Below are positions 38,623 to 54,719 of a stretch of 64,000 nucleotides of DNA, piece after piece. The DNA comes from the human T2T-CHM13v2.0 reference genome, Homo sapiens. Each line of letters opens with the position of its first letter. The stretch's first letter is position 1. The notes under the pieces were generated by a model. It ran no database searches. It saw only the letters and a program-made list of their open reading frames with translations, and was not told where the DNA came from. The DNA is taken from NCBI RefSeq assembly GCF_009914755.1, contig NC_060929.1; one strand, 5' to 3'. A program made the translations under genes and the position numbers.

Positions 38623-40376
38623 TCTGTTGACTCACCATTTACCCAAAAAGTGTACTGATGGATAGATACATAAAGGTTCGAAAAGTTTGGGCTGATGGCA
38701 ATTTGTGAGGTTACTATTAAAAAAAAAATAATGGATATGGCCTACCTCTCCTCACCAATGTTTTTTAATTAACATTAGTTTTAATATTTAACAGTTCAAT
38801 GAATTGACTTTTAATACTTTCAACACCCACATATCTGTTCTTGTAACCCCGCTTCCACATGTACATCAAATCATCTCTTTTAGCGTCCATTTAGTATGAT
38901 AGCAGTAATTCCAACTACAACTTTCTGACAAGTCTTTTAACGAACAAGCAGGTTATTTTATACAAATTAGCTCTACTATTAAAGTAATTGTAAGATAGTA
39001 TATTATGCATTATTAGTTAGTTATCAAAAGTACAAAAAGGATTCTATTCATAAACATTGAAAGTCACTTAGAATGCTACTGCTGTCAAGCAACAGAAGAC
39101 TTAGGCAAGAAGAACTTCTTTAGGCTCTCATCATTGCAAGTTGAGGAACAGAGCTTGCTCCAAGTATGTTTAAAAAGTGGGTTATCTATGTCCTCTGCAA
39201 TTCCTTCTAAGGCATTTACAAGTATTAGACCATATATTATTTTACTGAGATAGAATAGTAAATATTGAAATAATCACATTATGATAATTATTGTTACAGC
39301 TACGTATACAATTATTATTTAAAAGACCCTTAGATAGACTAGGGTTTACTTAATTTGCTGTAAAATTTGCAAATATATAACTTTTTCCACTAACACAAGG
39401 GTAAAACCGTAGTCAATCTCACAGCGTATTAAGACAATTTTTCTTCTTGTCCTTCTCTTTTACTTGTATTTTCTTATTTAATTAACTTATAAGCTATTCT
39501 ATTTTAAAATTATCAGTGCTTTGTTAGAGTTAAAAATAAGGGAAAGTCATAAATATACTTACTAGTAGCTTCTTAATAAAGTGATTATCATTAACATGTT
39601 TTGAGGTCCATTCTGGGTACTTATCTTTAATTAGTTCTGTTCATTGGTTTTATATTTGTGGTTAGAAGATTCCTTTGAATGCTATTTGTAACTCTTTTGG
39701 CGTATTGCATTGTTTTTGAAGCTTAATTCTGCTTTTATGTTGGCGTTACCTCAGGAGGAATAAAGAAATAATATAAATTTTTAAAAATGTAATTCATGAA
39801 GAGAATAATTTGTACATTTGGAAAATGTTTCAATATTCCACTCAGGAGGATCATCTGATATTATTTGGTAACATTATAGGTTAATCCATATTTTATGCCC
39901 TTTGGATAGAGGTAGTGGTGCCTTGCCCTTGGAAACATTGTTTACTGACCTGCTGTTAGAGAAATCCACTTGGCCTGAATTATGGAGTTAGTCCAGCCCT
40001 GAAGATATGAAATCATTCAGGTTTTTAAAAAGGAGTAAGAATAGCATTGCCCCTAAGCCCTCATTTCACACATCATCTCTCCAAATAACTTCAAGTTTAC
40101 AATCTATGTTAAATCACATTTATCAGCATTCTTAATATTAGATTCAGGGCATGTTTTGTTTTTGTTGTTGCTGCTATTGCTGTTTTGTTTTAATTACTAT
40201 GATCAGTATTATAGTGCAATTATTATTTTTATTACTCTTCGTATTCGGTCAACTTAAGGAAAGCTAGAGTATGAGTTATTGGCAGCGACTCTTCCTCTTA
40301 TTACATTAAATTTTTCTAATTTTGCATACAGATTGAGTAGTCATCTGTCCCAATTTTCTATCTCCCAATTTCAGTG

Positions 40377-40710
40377 CAGCTATGCCCTGCATAATGCTCC
40401 AGACCACATTAACAATGGTGATTTCCTAAGATTAGAATGACACATTTCACTGTACGTTTTCTATGTTTACAAGTGTTTAGATATACACACCCTTACTATC
40501 ATGTTACAGTCTCCTACAGTATTCAATACAATAACATGCTGTACAAGTTTGTAGACTAGGAACAATGGGCTATACCATATAGCCTAGGAGGATAGTAGGC
40601 TGTGACATCTAGGTTTGTGTGCAAGCACTCTATGATGTTTACACAAAGATGAAATCACCTGACAACACATTTCTTAGAACATATCTTTATTGTTAAGTGA
40701 CATATGACTG
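40377..40710 (+). mobile_element. Tigger3a (MER7A)-like TcMar DNA transposon MITE
   Basis: cagctatgccctgcataat...ctataccatatagcctagg...gttaagtgacatatgactg followed by TA. Degenerate terminal inverted repeats. Confidence 0.85.
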
Positions 40711-42424
40711 TATTTGTAATATCATGGCTTTGAAAACAGTAAGACCATTCTTCAAATTAAAAAAAGCATATATAACAGGAAAATAATACATATTTATGCC
40801 AAAGAGTTAAATTGACTCCTCTAACACCTAAGCTATTCCATTTATAGATTGACTTTCTTCTCTAACTTCTTGTTTATACATTCATAGTTCTCTTGGCTAT
40901 CTGGTCTTTACCGAAGAAGTGAAGTGTCAGCAGGAATACATAGTTTTTATGTACTAGGAACTGTCTCATTATCAGTCATCAGGACAGCTGCCTCCTGGTA
41001 GACAAAACAGTTGAGCAAGATAATAACTCAACTCTGTGGCTGCAGGTACACTTTTTTTATATCAGTCCAACTGTGTAGTCAAGTGAGGTCATCAACTGAT
41101 GCTTATTCAATGTTACATTATTGTGTGTGTATCAGGGGTTTTGAGCCACTAGAAGATATTTATTTAAGGAAGTGAAGAACAGAAGAAATGAGTGATGGGA
41201 AAATTCCTAAATATTTATGGTCCTATTATTCATTAATCTCTCTATGATATTAGGTTTAATTTTAATTATAATGGAAACAATCAAATCTTTATTTGGCTGT
41301 AACCAGTTTTAAGAAGAACTAAAAAAAGAGAGAAAAAAGAGACAAAGGCAATAACGTAGGTAAAATGAAAGCTCTAAGGAAAGGAATGTGATTATTTTCT
41401 CTAGAAATAGAAAAGTGAGTTCAAACTGGTTGAAAAAAATTTAAGTTTTTACTAATCTTCCAAATACCAGAGAACAGGTTTACATTGTAAATATGTAATG
41501 GTATAATAGATATTAAGCACATATTGTTTTGAATGAAATATAGTACTTAGGAGATAAATTTTTTCCAGAATTTTATAATCTAAATCATAAACACATTTAT
41601 TTCTCTATTTGAACTCCTGGAATATAATGAGTCAAATGTTATAAAGCTAATAAATCTATCTTATTACATAAAAATTTATTGACAAAATTAAATCCAAAAT
41701 TTCAATCGGACCATTCTAAGCAGAATTTCAACACTAACTTTAGATGAACATATAGTTCAATAATTTTTACTTAATTCTTCAGTTAATTCAGTCAAACAGT
41801 TGGCATTCACATGCTACAGGTCCCTAAATGTAGTCTCTCCTTGAAGGACTGTGTAGTGATTTTCTGTTCCTTGCCAATACTCTTTTAAATCAGTAATGGT
41901 TTGATTTATCCATTTAGTGAATTGACACACTATTTGATTGAGATGGGGAATAAATTCAGTTTAAAGGATAAAGCAGTTTTGCATGATGAGTGATGACTAA
42001 GAAACAAATATTTCATAGCCATACGGTTTATTGGAAATGCTCACCAGATAACAAAAGTTAAAAAGAACATCATATTATACTGCTAAATTTAGTTAAACTT
42101 GCTTCAGTTCAGAAAGAAGGTAAGCTTTTTTCAATCACAATATACCTTTTTTATAAACAAATTCTTAAATTATACTGAAGTTTGGTTTTCAGTTTTATAA
42201 CTTATTTTTTATCAAATGTCATGAAATGCAGTTAAATATTTGTAATTAAGATTAATAAGCACACATGTTGATAAATACTATTTATAATTATATTCTTTTC
42301 TAATATGATTTCATGAAGAAACACTCTATTTTATAATTAATCGTCTCAAAAGTCTATTTAAAAAAACAGCTCCCATATAAACAAGTATATCTTAAATTTT
42401 ACATAATAAAAAATGCACAAATTC

Positions 42425-42428
<4 letters not shown>

Positions 42429-42466
<38 letters not shown>

Positions 42467-42470
42467 CGTG
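42429..42470 (+). repeat. (TG)15 plus imperfect extension
   Basis: Perfect TG run 42429-42458, then tatgtgtgcgtg. Confidence 0.95.
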
Positions 42471-42952
42471 TTTCACATGTAGGAAAAGTTTAATTGCATA
42501 ATAGTGTAATGGGTGATTGAGGTTTGTTTCTTTTACTTTTTGTTATTTTTGCCAAAAAATAATTTTAGATATATTTATGGTCCTGATTTCATAAATCATC
42601 AAGATAGACTGGAAAATTGTACAAAAATACTTACTATTAGGATTTTTATGAGAGAAAGTATTTTAAAAACTGATTGATGGCATTGAATAACATTGAGGGA
42701 AATATTTTAAAATAATATTTTATCTAATCTTTTTATATATATATTTTTATTATACTTTAAGTTCTAGGGTATATGTGCACAACGTGCAGGTTTGTTACAT
42801 ATGTATACATGTGCCATGTTGGTGCGCTGCACCCATTAACTTGTCATTTACATTAGGTATATCTCCTAATGCTATCCCTCCCCCCTCCCCCCACCCCACA
42901 ACAGGCCCCAGTGTGTGATGTTCCCAACCCTGGGTCCAAGTGTTCTCATTGT

Positions 42953-43813
42953 TCAATTAGCACCTATGAGTGAGAACATGCAGTGTTTGGTTTTTTGTCC
43001 TTGCGATAGTTTGCTGAGAATGATGGTTTCCAGCTCCATCCATGTCCCTACAAAGGACATGAACTCATCATTTTTTATGGCGGCATAGTATTCCATGGTG
43101 TATATGTGCCACATTTTCTTAATCCAGTCTATCGTTGTTGGACATTTGGGTTGGTTCCAAGTCTTTGCTATTGTGAATAGTGCTGCAATAAACATATGTG
43201 TGCATGTGTCTTTATAGCAGCATGACTTATAATCCTTTGGGTATATACCCAGTAATGGGATGGCTGGGTCAAATGGTATTTCTAGTTCTAGATCCCTGAG
43301 GAATCGCCACACTGACTTCCACAATGGTTGAACTAGTTTACAGTCCCACCAACAGTGTAAAAGTGTTTCTATTTCTCCACATCCTCTCCAGCACCTGTTG
43401 TTTCCTGACTTTTTAATGATCACCATTCTAACTGGTGTGAGATGATATCTCATTGTGGTTTTGATTTGCATTTCTCTGATGGCCAGTGATGATGAGCATT
43501 TTTTCATGTGTCCATTGGCTGCATAAATGTCTTCTTTTGAGAAGTGTCTGTTCATATCCTTCGCCCACTTGTTGATGGGGTTGTTTGTTTTTTTCTTGGA
43601 AATTTGTTTGAGCTCTTTGCAGATTCTGGATATTAGCCCTTGGTCAGATGAGTAGATTGCAAAAATTTCCTCCCATTCTGTAGGTTGCCTGTTCACTCTG
43701 ATGGTAGTTTCTTTTGCTGTGCAGAAGCTCTTTAGTTTAATTAGATCCCATTTGCCAATTTTGGCTTTGGTTGCCATTGCTTTTGGTGTTTTACACATTA
43801 AGTCTTTGCCCAT
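42953..43813 (-). pseudogene. L1 ORF2p C-terminal (cysteine-rich) fragment
   Basis: 286-aa ORF with [18 protein letters not shown] and [14 protein letters not shown]. Confidence 0.93.
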
Positions 43814-43894
43814 GCCTATGTCCTGAATGGTATTGCCTAGGTTTTCTTCTAGGGTTTTTATGGCTTTAGGTCTAACATTTAAGTCTTTAATCTA

Positions 43895-45067
<1,173 letters not shown>

Positions 45068-45070
45068 TTA

Positions 45071-45286
<216 letters not shown>

Positions 45287-45688
45287 TTATTGGAATAGTT
45301 TCAGAAGGAATGGTACCAGCTCCTCCTTGTACCTCTGGTAGAATTTGGCTTGGAATCTGTCTGGTCCTGGACTTTTTGCTGTTGGTAGGCTTTTAATTAT
45401 TGCCTCAATTTCAGAGCCTGTTATTGATCTATTCAGAGATCCAACTTCCTCCTGGTTTAGTCTTGGGAGGGTGTATGTCTCTAGGAATTTACCCTTTTCT
45501 TCTAGATTTTCTAGTTTATTTGCATAGAGGTGTTTATAGTATTCTCTGATGGTAGTTTTTATTTCTGTGGGATCAGTGGTGATATCCCCTTTATCATTTT
45601 TTATTGCATCTATTTGATTCTTCTCTCTTTTCTTCTTTATTAGTCTTGATAGCAGTCTATCAATATTGTTGATCTTTTCAAAAAATCA

Positions 45689-45904
<216 letters not shown>

Positions 45905-45920
45905 TTAAATGTGTCCCAGA

Positions 45921-46792
45921 GATCAAACTCCTCCAAGCTAAAGGAGGAAGTTTGAACCCATCACAAAAAAAAGTTAAAAACCTTGAAAAAAGATTAGATG
46001 AATGGCTAACTAGAATAACCAATGTATAGAAGTCCTTAAATGACTTGATGGAGCTGAAAACCATGGCACAAGAACTATGTGACGAATGCACAAGCTTCAG
46101 TAACGGATTCAATCAACTGGAATAAAGGTTATCAGTGATTGAATATCAAATGAATGAAATAACGCAAGAAGAGAAGTTTAGAGAAAAAAGAATAAAAAGA
46201 AACAAACAAAGCCTCCAAGAAATATGGGACTATGTGAAAAGACCAAATCTATGTCTGATTGGTGTACCTGAAAGTGACGGGGAGAATGGAACCATGTTGG
46301 AAAACACTGCAGGATATTATCCAGGAGAACTTCCCCAACCTAGCAAGGCGGGCCAACATTCAAATTCAGGAAATACAGAGAATGCCATAAAGATACTCCT
46401 CGAGAAGAGCAACTCCAAGACACATAATTGTCAGATTCACCAAAGTTGAAATGAAGGAGAAAATGTTAAGGGCAGCCAGAGAGAAAGGTCGGGTTACCCA
46501 CAAAGGGTAGCCCATCAGACTAACACCTGATCTCTCGGCAGAAACTCTACAAGCCAGAAGAGAGTGAGGGCCAATATTCAACAATGTTAAAGAAAATAAT
46601 TTTCAACCCAGAATTTCATATCCAGCCAAAGTAAGTTTCATAAGTGAAGGAGAAACAAAATCCTTTACAGAGACGCAAATGCTGAGAGATTTTGTCACTA
46701 CCAAGCCTGCCCTACAAGAGCTCCTGAAGGAAGCACTAAACATGGAAAGGAACAACCAGTACCAGCCACTGCAAAAACATGACAGATTGTAA
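45921..46792 (+). pseudogene. L1 ORF1p remnant (5'-truncated, frameshifted)
   Basis: QSLQEIWDYVKRPNLCLIGVPESDGEN in ORF 46135-46449. ORF1 stop TAA at 46790-46792. Confidence 0.9.
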
Positions 46793-46854
46793 GACCATCA
46801 ATGCTAGGAAGAAACTGCATCAACGAACGAGCAAAATAACCAGCTAACGTCATA

Positions 46855-47715
46855 ATGACAGGATGAAATTCACATATAACAATATTAACCTTAAATGTAA
46901 ATGGGCTAAATGCTCCAATTAAAAGACACAGACTGGCAAATTGGATAAAGAGTCAAGACCCATCAGGGTGCTGTATTCAGGAAACCTATCTCACGTGCAG
47001 AGAAACACATAGGCTCAAAACAAAGGGAGGGAGGAAGATCTACCAAGCAAATGGAAAACAAAAAAAGGTACGGGTTGCAATCCTAGTCTCTGATAAAACA
47101 GACTTTAAACCAACAAAGATCAAAAGAGACAAAGAAGGCCATTACATAATGGTAAAGGGATCAATTCAACAAGAAGAGCTAACTATCCTAAATATATATG
47201 CACCCAATACAGGAGCACCCAGAGTCATAAAACAAGTCCTTCGAGACCTACAAAGAAACTTAGACTCCCACACAATAATAATGGGAGACTTTAACACCCC
47301 ACTGTAACATCAGACAGATCCACGAGACAGAAAGTTAACAAGGATATCCAGGAATTGAACTCAGCTCTGCACCAAGCAGACTTAATAGACATCTACAGAA
47401 CTCTCCACCCCAAATCAACAGAATATACATTCTTCTCAGCACCACATCACACTTATTCCAAAATTGACCACATAGTTGGAAGTAAAGCACTCCTCAGCAA
47501 ATGTAAAAGAACAGAAATTGTAACAAACTGTCTCTCAGACCACAGTGCAATGAAACTAGAACTCAGGATTAAGAAACTCACTCAGAACCACTCTACTACA
47601 TGGAACAACCTGCTCCTGAATGACTACTGGGTACATAACGAAAAGAAGGCAGAAATAAAGATGTTCTTTGAAACCAACGAGAACAAAGACACAACATACC
47701 AGAATCTCCGGAACA
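46855..47715 (+). pseudogene. L1 ORF2p endonuclease domain remnant
   Basis: ORF2 start ATG ACA GGA followed by a premature TGA (46864-46866). GDFN codons at ~47284. YSKIDH and SDHS appear in ORF 47355-47741. Confidence 0.92.
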
Positions 47716-47899
47716 TATGTATTCTTTTATGGAGGAGTTAAACTTTTGAGAATTTCAAATTTGATGTTTTCTTTGTTATAGGAATACCTCTCTATTGAAA
47801 TACAAACCTCAATCCAATAATATTAGGTAAGGGCTCCAGAAACCCTGCCTTCTCTCAGCATCTGCAGCTATGGGACCTCAGGATTTACTCAGTCATTCT

Positions 47900-49770
47900 T
47901 CTTTCCCTTAGACAACAGGAAGCCCAGCATCATAGGTCATATTTTATCCCCTTGACTATAATCCCCATACGATGCTATATACTACATCAGTCTCACCTCT
48001 CCATTTCCTTAAGTTTCATTGTGTTATGATAAACTTAAAGTCAATAATAAAAACCTCCCTAATCTGTAAACTCTTCTGTGAATATTTCCTTCAGTTTCTT
48101 CCTCTAGCATCATTCTCATTTCATAAGCTTTCTATAATCCACCCCCTTTGTTGTAGTCTTCTGTAACCCACCCAGTCTCTTCTCTTCCTTTCTTGACTAT
48201 TTTGTGTACCTGGATCACTCTACCTCTCTCCAATAGTACTGCGTTATCATTCTTGGTGATTTTAATATCCACGCAAATGGTCTTCCGATATCTTAAACTT
48301 TGTTACATGTTCTAATTTCCTCCAATGATCTTGCCCTTTACATCCTCAGTCACTTTATTAGCATACCAATGTTTTTCAATCACATTCTCTATTACTCCAT
48401 TGACAGCAACTCCTTAACTCAAAGGGAAGTTTAAACCCGCTGAAACAAATACCTTTTTATACATCTCACATCTCCTCCCCATAAACTTTATTCCCCTGTT
48501 AACCAACTTTCTTTGTCAATCATTTTGAACATTCTACTGCATACGGCCTTTGCTCTGTTGCTTCTCTATCCCTTTGGTGTATTTGTTTATGCCATTCAAT
48601 CTAGTTATAGCTCATGACATTCCATTTATGTTTTAGTCAGTTGAACTTTCCCTCAGAATAATGCACAATCATGTTAGCAATGGTACTTTATATTAATAAT
48701 TGAGCACCAAATGAGAATTTTGATACTTAGTTCATTGTATTTTCTATGAAATATAAAATATAATTTTATATTTTCTGTCATTCCTAAAAGCTGCTATCTC
48801 CTTCCTCATCCTCAGTATATGCTGATACTATTTTATTCTACTTTACCAAAAAAAATTGGTATGTAAGAGAATTTTCACTTCTTCTAGCTCTTCCTCCTAT
48901 AATCTACTTAACAATATCCATTGAGAACTGTATACTATGATTTGTGTATGTTACTAAGGAGATACTTTCTACCTATGCTCCTTATTCTTTATCATACACT
49001 CAAAGACATTATCAGTATTTTTCTTTTTATTGCATCGACCCATCAGCCAAAACAAGTAATTAGTTCTCACTACACTCAAACTATGTATTAAACCCTTTTA
49101 CCCTCCAGCTATCATTGTTTTTCTCTTTCATTGGATAGCAAAACTCCTCTAAAAGTTATGTTTATACTCACTGTCTCCAACTTCTCTTCTCCATTCTCCA
49201 TTGAACCCCTTTCAGTAAAGAGGGTCCTCATGATAGCTTGCCTCAAATATCACAATAGAATTTTATGTAGTTGCTTATTCATAGGACTTTTTTCCCAGAC
49301 CTATTTATTCATTTTCAACAGAGATTTCTTCTTCTCCTGGTCTCCCTGCACTCTGTTTAACATACCATTCCCACTGGCTATATCAGGATTTTGCTGTCTC
49401 CTACATATGCCATGATTACTCACCACTTTCAGGCTATGGTCAAGTTAATGAGTAGAACTGAATATTATTTTCCCATCTTCTCTGACTTTTGAAATATCAC
49501 CAAACAGTCAAGATACTCATTAAACATAACCTTGTCTGTAAAGACTTTTCTGTTTTCTCACCAAAAAATAATCATTTCACTCTTAAAATATTTGTAACAG
49601 CCTATTGATGTAACAATAAATTTGAATGTACATATTTCCTTTAATAGATAAGAGAGTTTCCTGAGGACAGAGCCACTGTGTTATGAATTTGGAATTTTTT
49701 AACTTGCTAGACCAAGATGTAGCTCATTTATGTGCTTAGCGTATGTTTTGGATGGAATTTAGAATTGAAT
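47900..49770 (+). mobile_element. L2 remnant including APE-endonuclease motifs and 3' end
   Basis: attcttggtgattttaatatccac (ILGDFNIH) at ~48250, pyrimidine-rich L2 body, and a 3' end ttcctgaggacagagccactgtg...gaattgaatgg. Confidence 0.65.
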
Positions 49771-50277
49771 GGTGAGATGACAAATTTTCTAGTAGCATTG
49801 TTGTTTTGTAGAGCTTCCTACAGAGAATCTAGATATATGAAATATCCTCATTAACTTTACTTCTAGACATATATATTAGATCAAAATCCAGATCAAACAG
49901 ATGAGCAGAAGATGTCTTGTTAGACAAGGTGACATATTCATTATTAGTCCTCCAAATTGTTAGTCTAATGGTTTAAAAGGAAATGAGCATGACTCTTTGT
50001 GACTGTGTCATTGACAGGGCCACATCCTCAAGCAGAGTTTGAATCAGTACTTATTTGTTAAAGATAACAGGCAAAGATTTTCTCAACTTTAGTATTAAAA
50101 ACTTTTTAGTTTAAAAGCTTGTCTCTGCTTAGTTTCTTTAAAATACATATACACACATGCATAGATATGTACACACATGTAAAGAAGGAATATATTGCCA
50201 CATAAATATGGAAATCATGACATAAGTGTGGCCTATTACAAACTTAAATTTTAATACAACATAAATGATATAAGCAT

Positions 50278-50633
50278 TGTATTAGTCCACTTTCATGGTG
50301 CTGATAAAGACATACCTGAGACTGGGCAATTTACAAAGGAAGAGGTTTAATTGGACTTACAGTTCCACATGGCTGGGGAAGCCTCACAATCATGGTGGAA
50401 GGGAAGGAGGAGCAAGTCACGTCTTACCCGGATGGCAGCAGGCAAAGAGAGAGAGCTTGTTCAGGGGAGCTCCACTTTTTAAAACCATCAGATCTTGTGA
50501 GACTTATTCACTATCATGAGAACAGCACGGGAAAGACTTGCCCCCATGATTCAATTACCTTCCACCTGGCCCCTCCTACAACACGTGAGAATTTAAGACG
50601 AGATTTGGAGGGGGACACAACCAAACCATATCA
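50278..50633 (-). mobile_element. THE1A/THE1B-like MaLR solo LTR
   Basis: tgtattagtcc...ccaaaccatatca. Perfect 5-bp TSD AGCAT (50273-50277 / 50634-50638). Confidence 0.96.
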
Positions 50634-51384
50634 AGCATATTCTCAGAGCTCCCTTCAGGTCACATAGTTTCAGCAGGTAAGATATCTTTCTTTGTATTAA
50701 TTGAAGACTTTTTAAATTTCCCACAGTACTCAATTTTTTCTTTCTTTCTTTTTATTTTTCTGGTCAAGTAGCCAAAAAGAACACTTCTGAAAAAAATCCA
50801 GACTGCTAATGTATAATATTGCAGAGTAAGAATAAAATTGTTCATCTTAATTCTGGCAGATGAAAAGGAACTCAGAGATGACCATTTTTCAAACATAAAT
50901 ATAAATCTCCATGATCATTAGTCTGAGATAGAATTATTAAGGCTACAAGTAAAGAATATATCTGACTAATATTTCTGAATATATCTGTTTGTAACTCTAG
51001 ATTTCCAAATTTATTGGTTATTAAGCTCTTACCATATCACTACATCTAGGGATAGTGTCACTCCTTCCCTGGCTCCCAACTACCTGAAAAAAATAAATAA
51101 ATAAAATAAATAAAAAACTCAACAGTAGCCAGAGCCTTCTGCAACCATACATGTCATTTTCTGACTCTACAAAACATCAAAGACAAACTTATTATTATGG
51201 TTTCATTCCATATAACCTTCTCATATTCCACCCAAATGGTGTAAGCTATCCATAAGACAGCACCTTTCTTTGTACAATTGACATGACTGATATTATGTTC
51301 CTGCAATCTCTATATCTCTAACTCTATAGGACTTTCATTTCCACACATAAACATTTCATTTCCCCCCGCAACCTGATAGCGCCA

Positions 51385-51560
51385 GCACAAAGCTTCTCAA
51401 ACATTAACGTGCACAGGACATAACTATGAATATTGTTTGAAATGCACCTTCTGAATTGCTACATCTGGCACATCAGTCCCAAGGTTCTTCATTTCTAACA
51501 AGTCACCAAAGGATAGCAATACTATTGCTTGGGAGACCATACTTTGAATAGCAGGGTCTA
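51385..51560. mobile_element. MER5-like hAT-Charlie element
   Basis: cttctcaaacattaacgtgcac...catttctaacaagtc...gaccatactttgaatagca. Confidence 0.7.
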
Positions 51561-54469
51561 GCAGATTCTGTCAGATTCATTTTTAAGAAATTTCTCACCT
51601 CATACTTTGTATGTTAATTTTATCCATCCCACTAGATTGCACGCCTGTTGAGGAGAGTGAGACAGGCATTCATTTTTGTGCACACATGTGTGTGCTTTCC
51701 TCTCTGTCCACAAAATTATTAGCAAGTATTTTAATTTTAGTAGTTCCTCACTAAATATCATTCACAACTCGAATGGATATTTCAGTGGTGTGAATAATTG
51801 GGGAAGCCTCAAAACAGGCAATAAACCATCTCATATTTTAGGTTTTATGTGGATCTTTGTGATGGGAAGAGTAGCAATTTATGTTTGTAGGGAATAAAAG
51901 TTAATGAAAACAATTTAATGTGAATAGGTAAATATAGCGTGTCAGAGAGGAAGACAAACAATGAAAAGCAAAATAGCCAGTGGATGTGGAGAGGCATAGC
52001 TTTACAATTCGAAGTGACCATATAAAAATGAAATGAACAAGCAAAAACATGACAAAATCATTGGTTTAGGTATGTCTAGACCCTTTGTAAAACTGGGGGA
52101 AAATGTTCATAAAAACTACCAGATGTGATTGATTCTGTTCAAGAAAGAATATTGAGTAGCCCTGCTCAGAGAATCATTTATAGGAAAACTGTTTTTAATT
52201 TCCTAATAAAATAAACATCAATACCCACAAATACAGTAATTTAAAACAAAAGAGGCAGACAGTGAATTAATGATGTAGAAATTATCCTGAATACAGGCAT
52301 CTTAAGTATACTAAAGATCTTAACAGCTCTTAATCTGAAATATAGCTGAAGTAAAATGACTTCCTAAAAATATGAAGGACCTGCTAAGATAAGTCATTTA
52401 TTTTTCATGGACTGCTGGTGCCAAAACATAAATACTGAGATCATCTCAACCTGCCCAGGGCCTTTGTACTCTATGCCTATGTATGAGTTCCTATCAGAGG
52501 ACTGGGAATTTGCCAAGCCTCATATAAAACTGTAATGACTTTTAAGGCCACTCAGGCCATTCCATCTACTTGAAAATGAAATTAGGCTTCTTTTTATAGG
52601 TTTGAAGCCACCTAAATTTGACCTCTATCTCGCACATCTTTATCCATCAAAATTATCAATACTGTGAGTAGGGGTAGAAAGTTTAGAGTCAGTCATCAGA
52701 ACATATCATTCGGAAGGTCTTTTATCAAGGTTTCTCAGATAAATTGGTTTTGCAAATGCATTTAGAGTGAAATAATTAACTTTGAGGGTCACAAAGAGAA
52801 TATGTATGTAGGCAATACAAGATTTTATTTCCCTGTCATCCTTTTTTTTTTTTTTTCTTTCTGTTCGCTTACTAGACATGGAGACAGGGTCTTTCATAAG
52901 ACAGGTAAAGAGACACATATTCTGTTAAACTAATTAATCAAAGTCATTCTCTAATAATTTACAATGTTGGCTAGAAAAATACAAATATTTTCTTGGAGGT
53001 GTTTTGCACTGAAGATTCTGAAGTCCTTTAATTGTCATCCAGCAGGTCACAGGGACTTAAAGATATGATGTTGCCTTCATCTAAGTCCTGTGAGAGGACA
53101 GTGAGGGTAGAAAAAGAAAGTGGGTTTCCTGAAAAATACAGCAGTTTGAGAGAATAGAGAGAGAGAAAAATTAATCTGTGCATAGCCAAGGTAATTTCCA
53201 TATGTTCTGGATGGGAAAAGTAAAGAAATGCTTTACATATGGGACCCTAGGTGTCCTATGAAGATGTCAACTACTAAGAGGAATTATGCTGCTGGTGTGT
53301 ACTCAGTGCCTCTTCCCAGACCTGATAGGCATATTTAAAAATTTATATTATATTGGACAATACAGCAGCCCACTTGGCCCTTTTTTCCCAAACTGACAAC
53401 TAAGAAATATGAGATATTCTCAGTCTTTGGAAGGTCGTCTTTCTGAATTTTGGGGGATTTTAGGGCAGCATTCAAGTTACAGTTTTGTATTCTTCCCTTC
53501 CCTTTTCTCTCTAACTGGTACAGTCCCAGAATAAAGCTTAAGGCAGCACAAATAAGTGACCAAGTAGCAAACCCTAACGGATACTCTGCACTCCTTCCTC
53601 CATCCAATAATGCTTTGAATCTCTTTTAGTGTCAGGGAAACTTAGTAAATTATCAAGAAAGACACCTAGCCAGATACTTCCCCATGCCCCTCTAGAGTCA
53701 GGGTATGCTTCAATATAAGACAGTCATAAACAAAATTTTGACAAGCAGCTAGGATTGAAAAATAAAAACAATGTATTATTCTGGAGAAAAAACAATACAA
53801 TCCTAGTTATTCTACTATCATTTTCCCAAATAGCCTGACTTGATTGCTAAATTAAAGAAAACTACTTTGGGTTCTTAATATTTTACTTTTGTTGTATATA
53901 CTGATTAAGTTGACTAAACATTTTCCCATGAAGTTTGGTATGTGCAGACACAGCCTGAGTTTATATTGCCTTTAGTGACATCATGCCATTTTGAAACTAT
54001 CTATTCCTTCTATATATTGCTAGTAATATGTATGCATAAAGAGACATCCAGTCCAAGTCTCTTCTCCAAGCTCTTCAAGTATTTTGCTCTTCTGGAACTC
54101 TTTTTGGTCCTTACGTCCAGTGCTGCCTTCAAATTAGTTCCCTGCCCTCCCACCAATACAGACACAATTTAGAAAGTGAATCATCCTCCATCTGTGATAT
54201 CAAATAATACAGTTATCTAAATCTGTCTTTCAAGTAGCAGCAGCAGCCCTAGCAACACAAACTCCAAGAACATATACTGGATTAGAATAGATAGCAGCAA
54301 GCAGAACCCAGAATATACTGAGACTTTTTAAATTACAAAGTTATCTGTAATGGATGACAATTAGCAGATATTTTAATAATGGGAATATCCTGAAGTATAA
54401 GCAATGCTGGCAAGAACTCAGTATTTCAGGATGTCTAGCAGAGAAGCAAGAATATTAATCATGATTGAT

Positions 54470-54700
54470 GTTACATTCATTGGCCTTTTACTATGTGCCA
54501 AGTACCAAGCTAAATACATTCTATAGATCATCACATTTATTTTTAACTAAAAATCAAAATAAAAACTGATGGTTGGTATTATTATACCAATTTTATATAC
54601 GTGGAAACTGAGGCTTATGAAAACCAACTAACCCAGATTAAATCTTACAGCTACTGAGTAAAAAATTGAAATAATTTTTAACTCTGACTCCTCAGTCTCT
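54470..54700 (-). mobile_element. MIR
   Basis: tactatgtgccaagtacc...ggaaactgaggctta. Confidence 0.7.
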
Positions 54701-54719
54701 CCTAACACTTAATAAGTAT

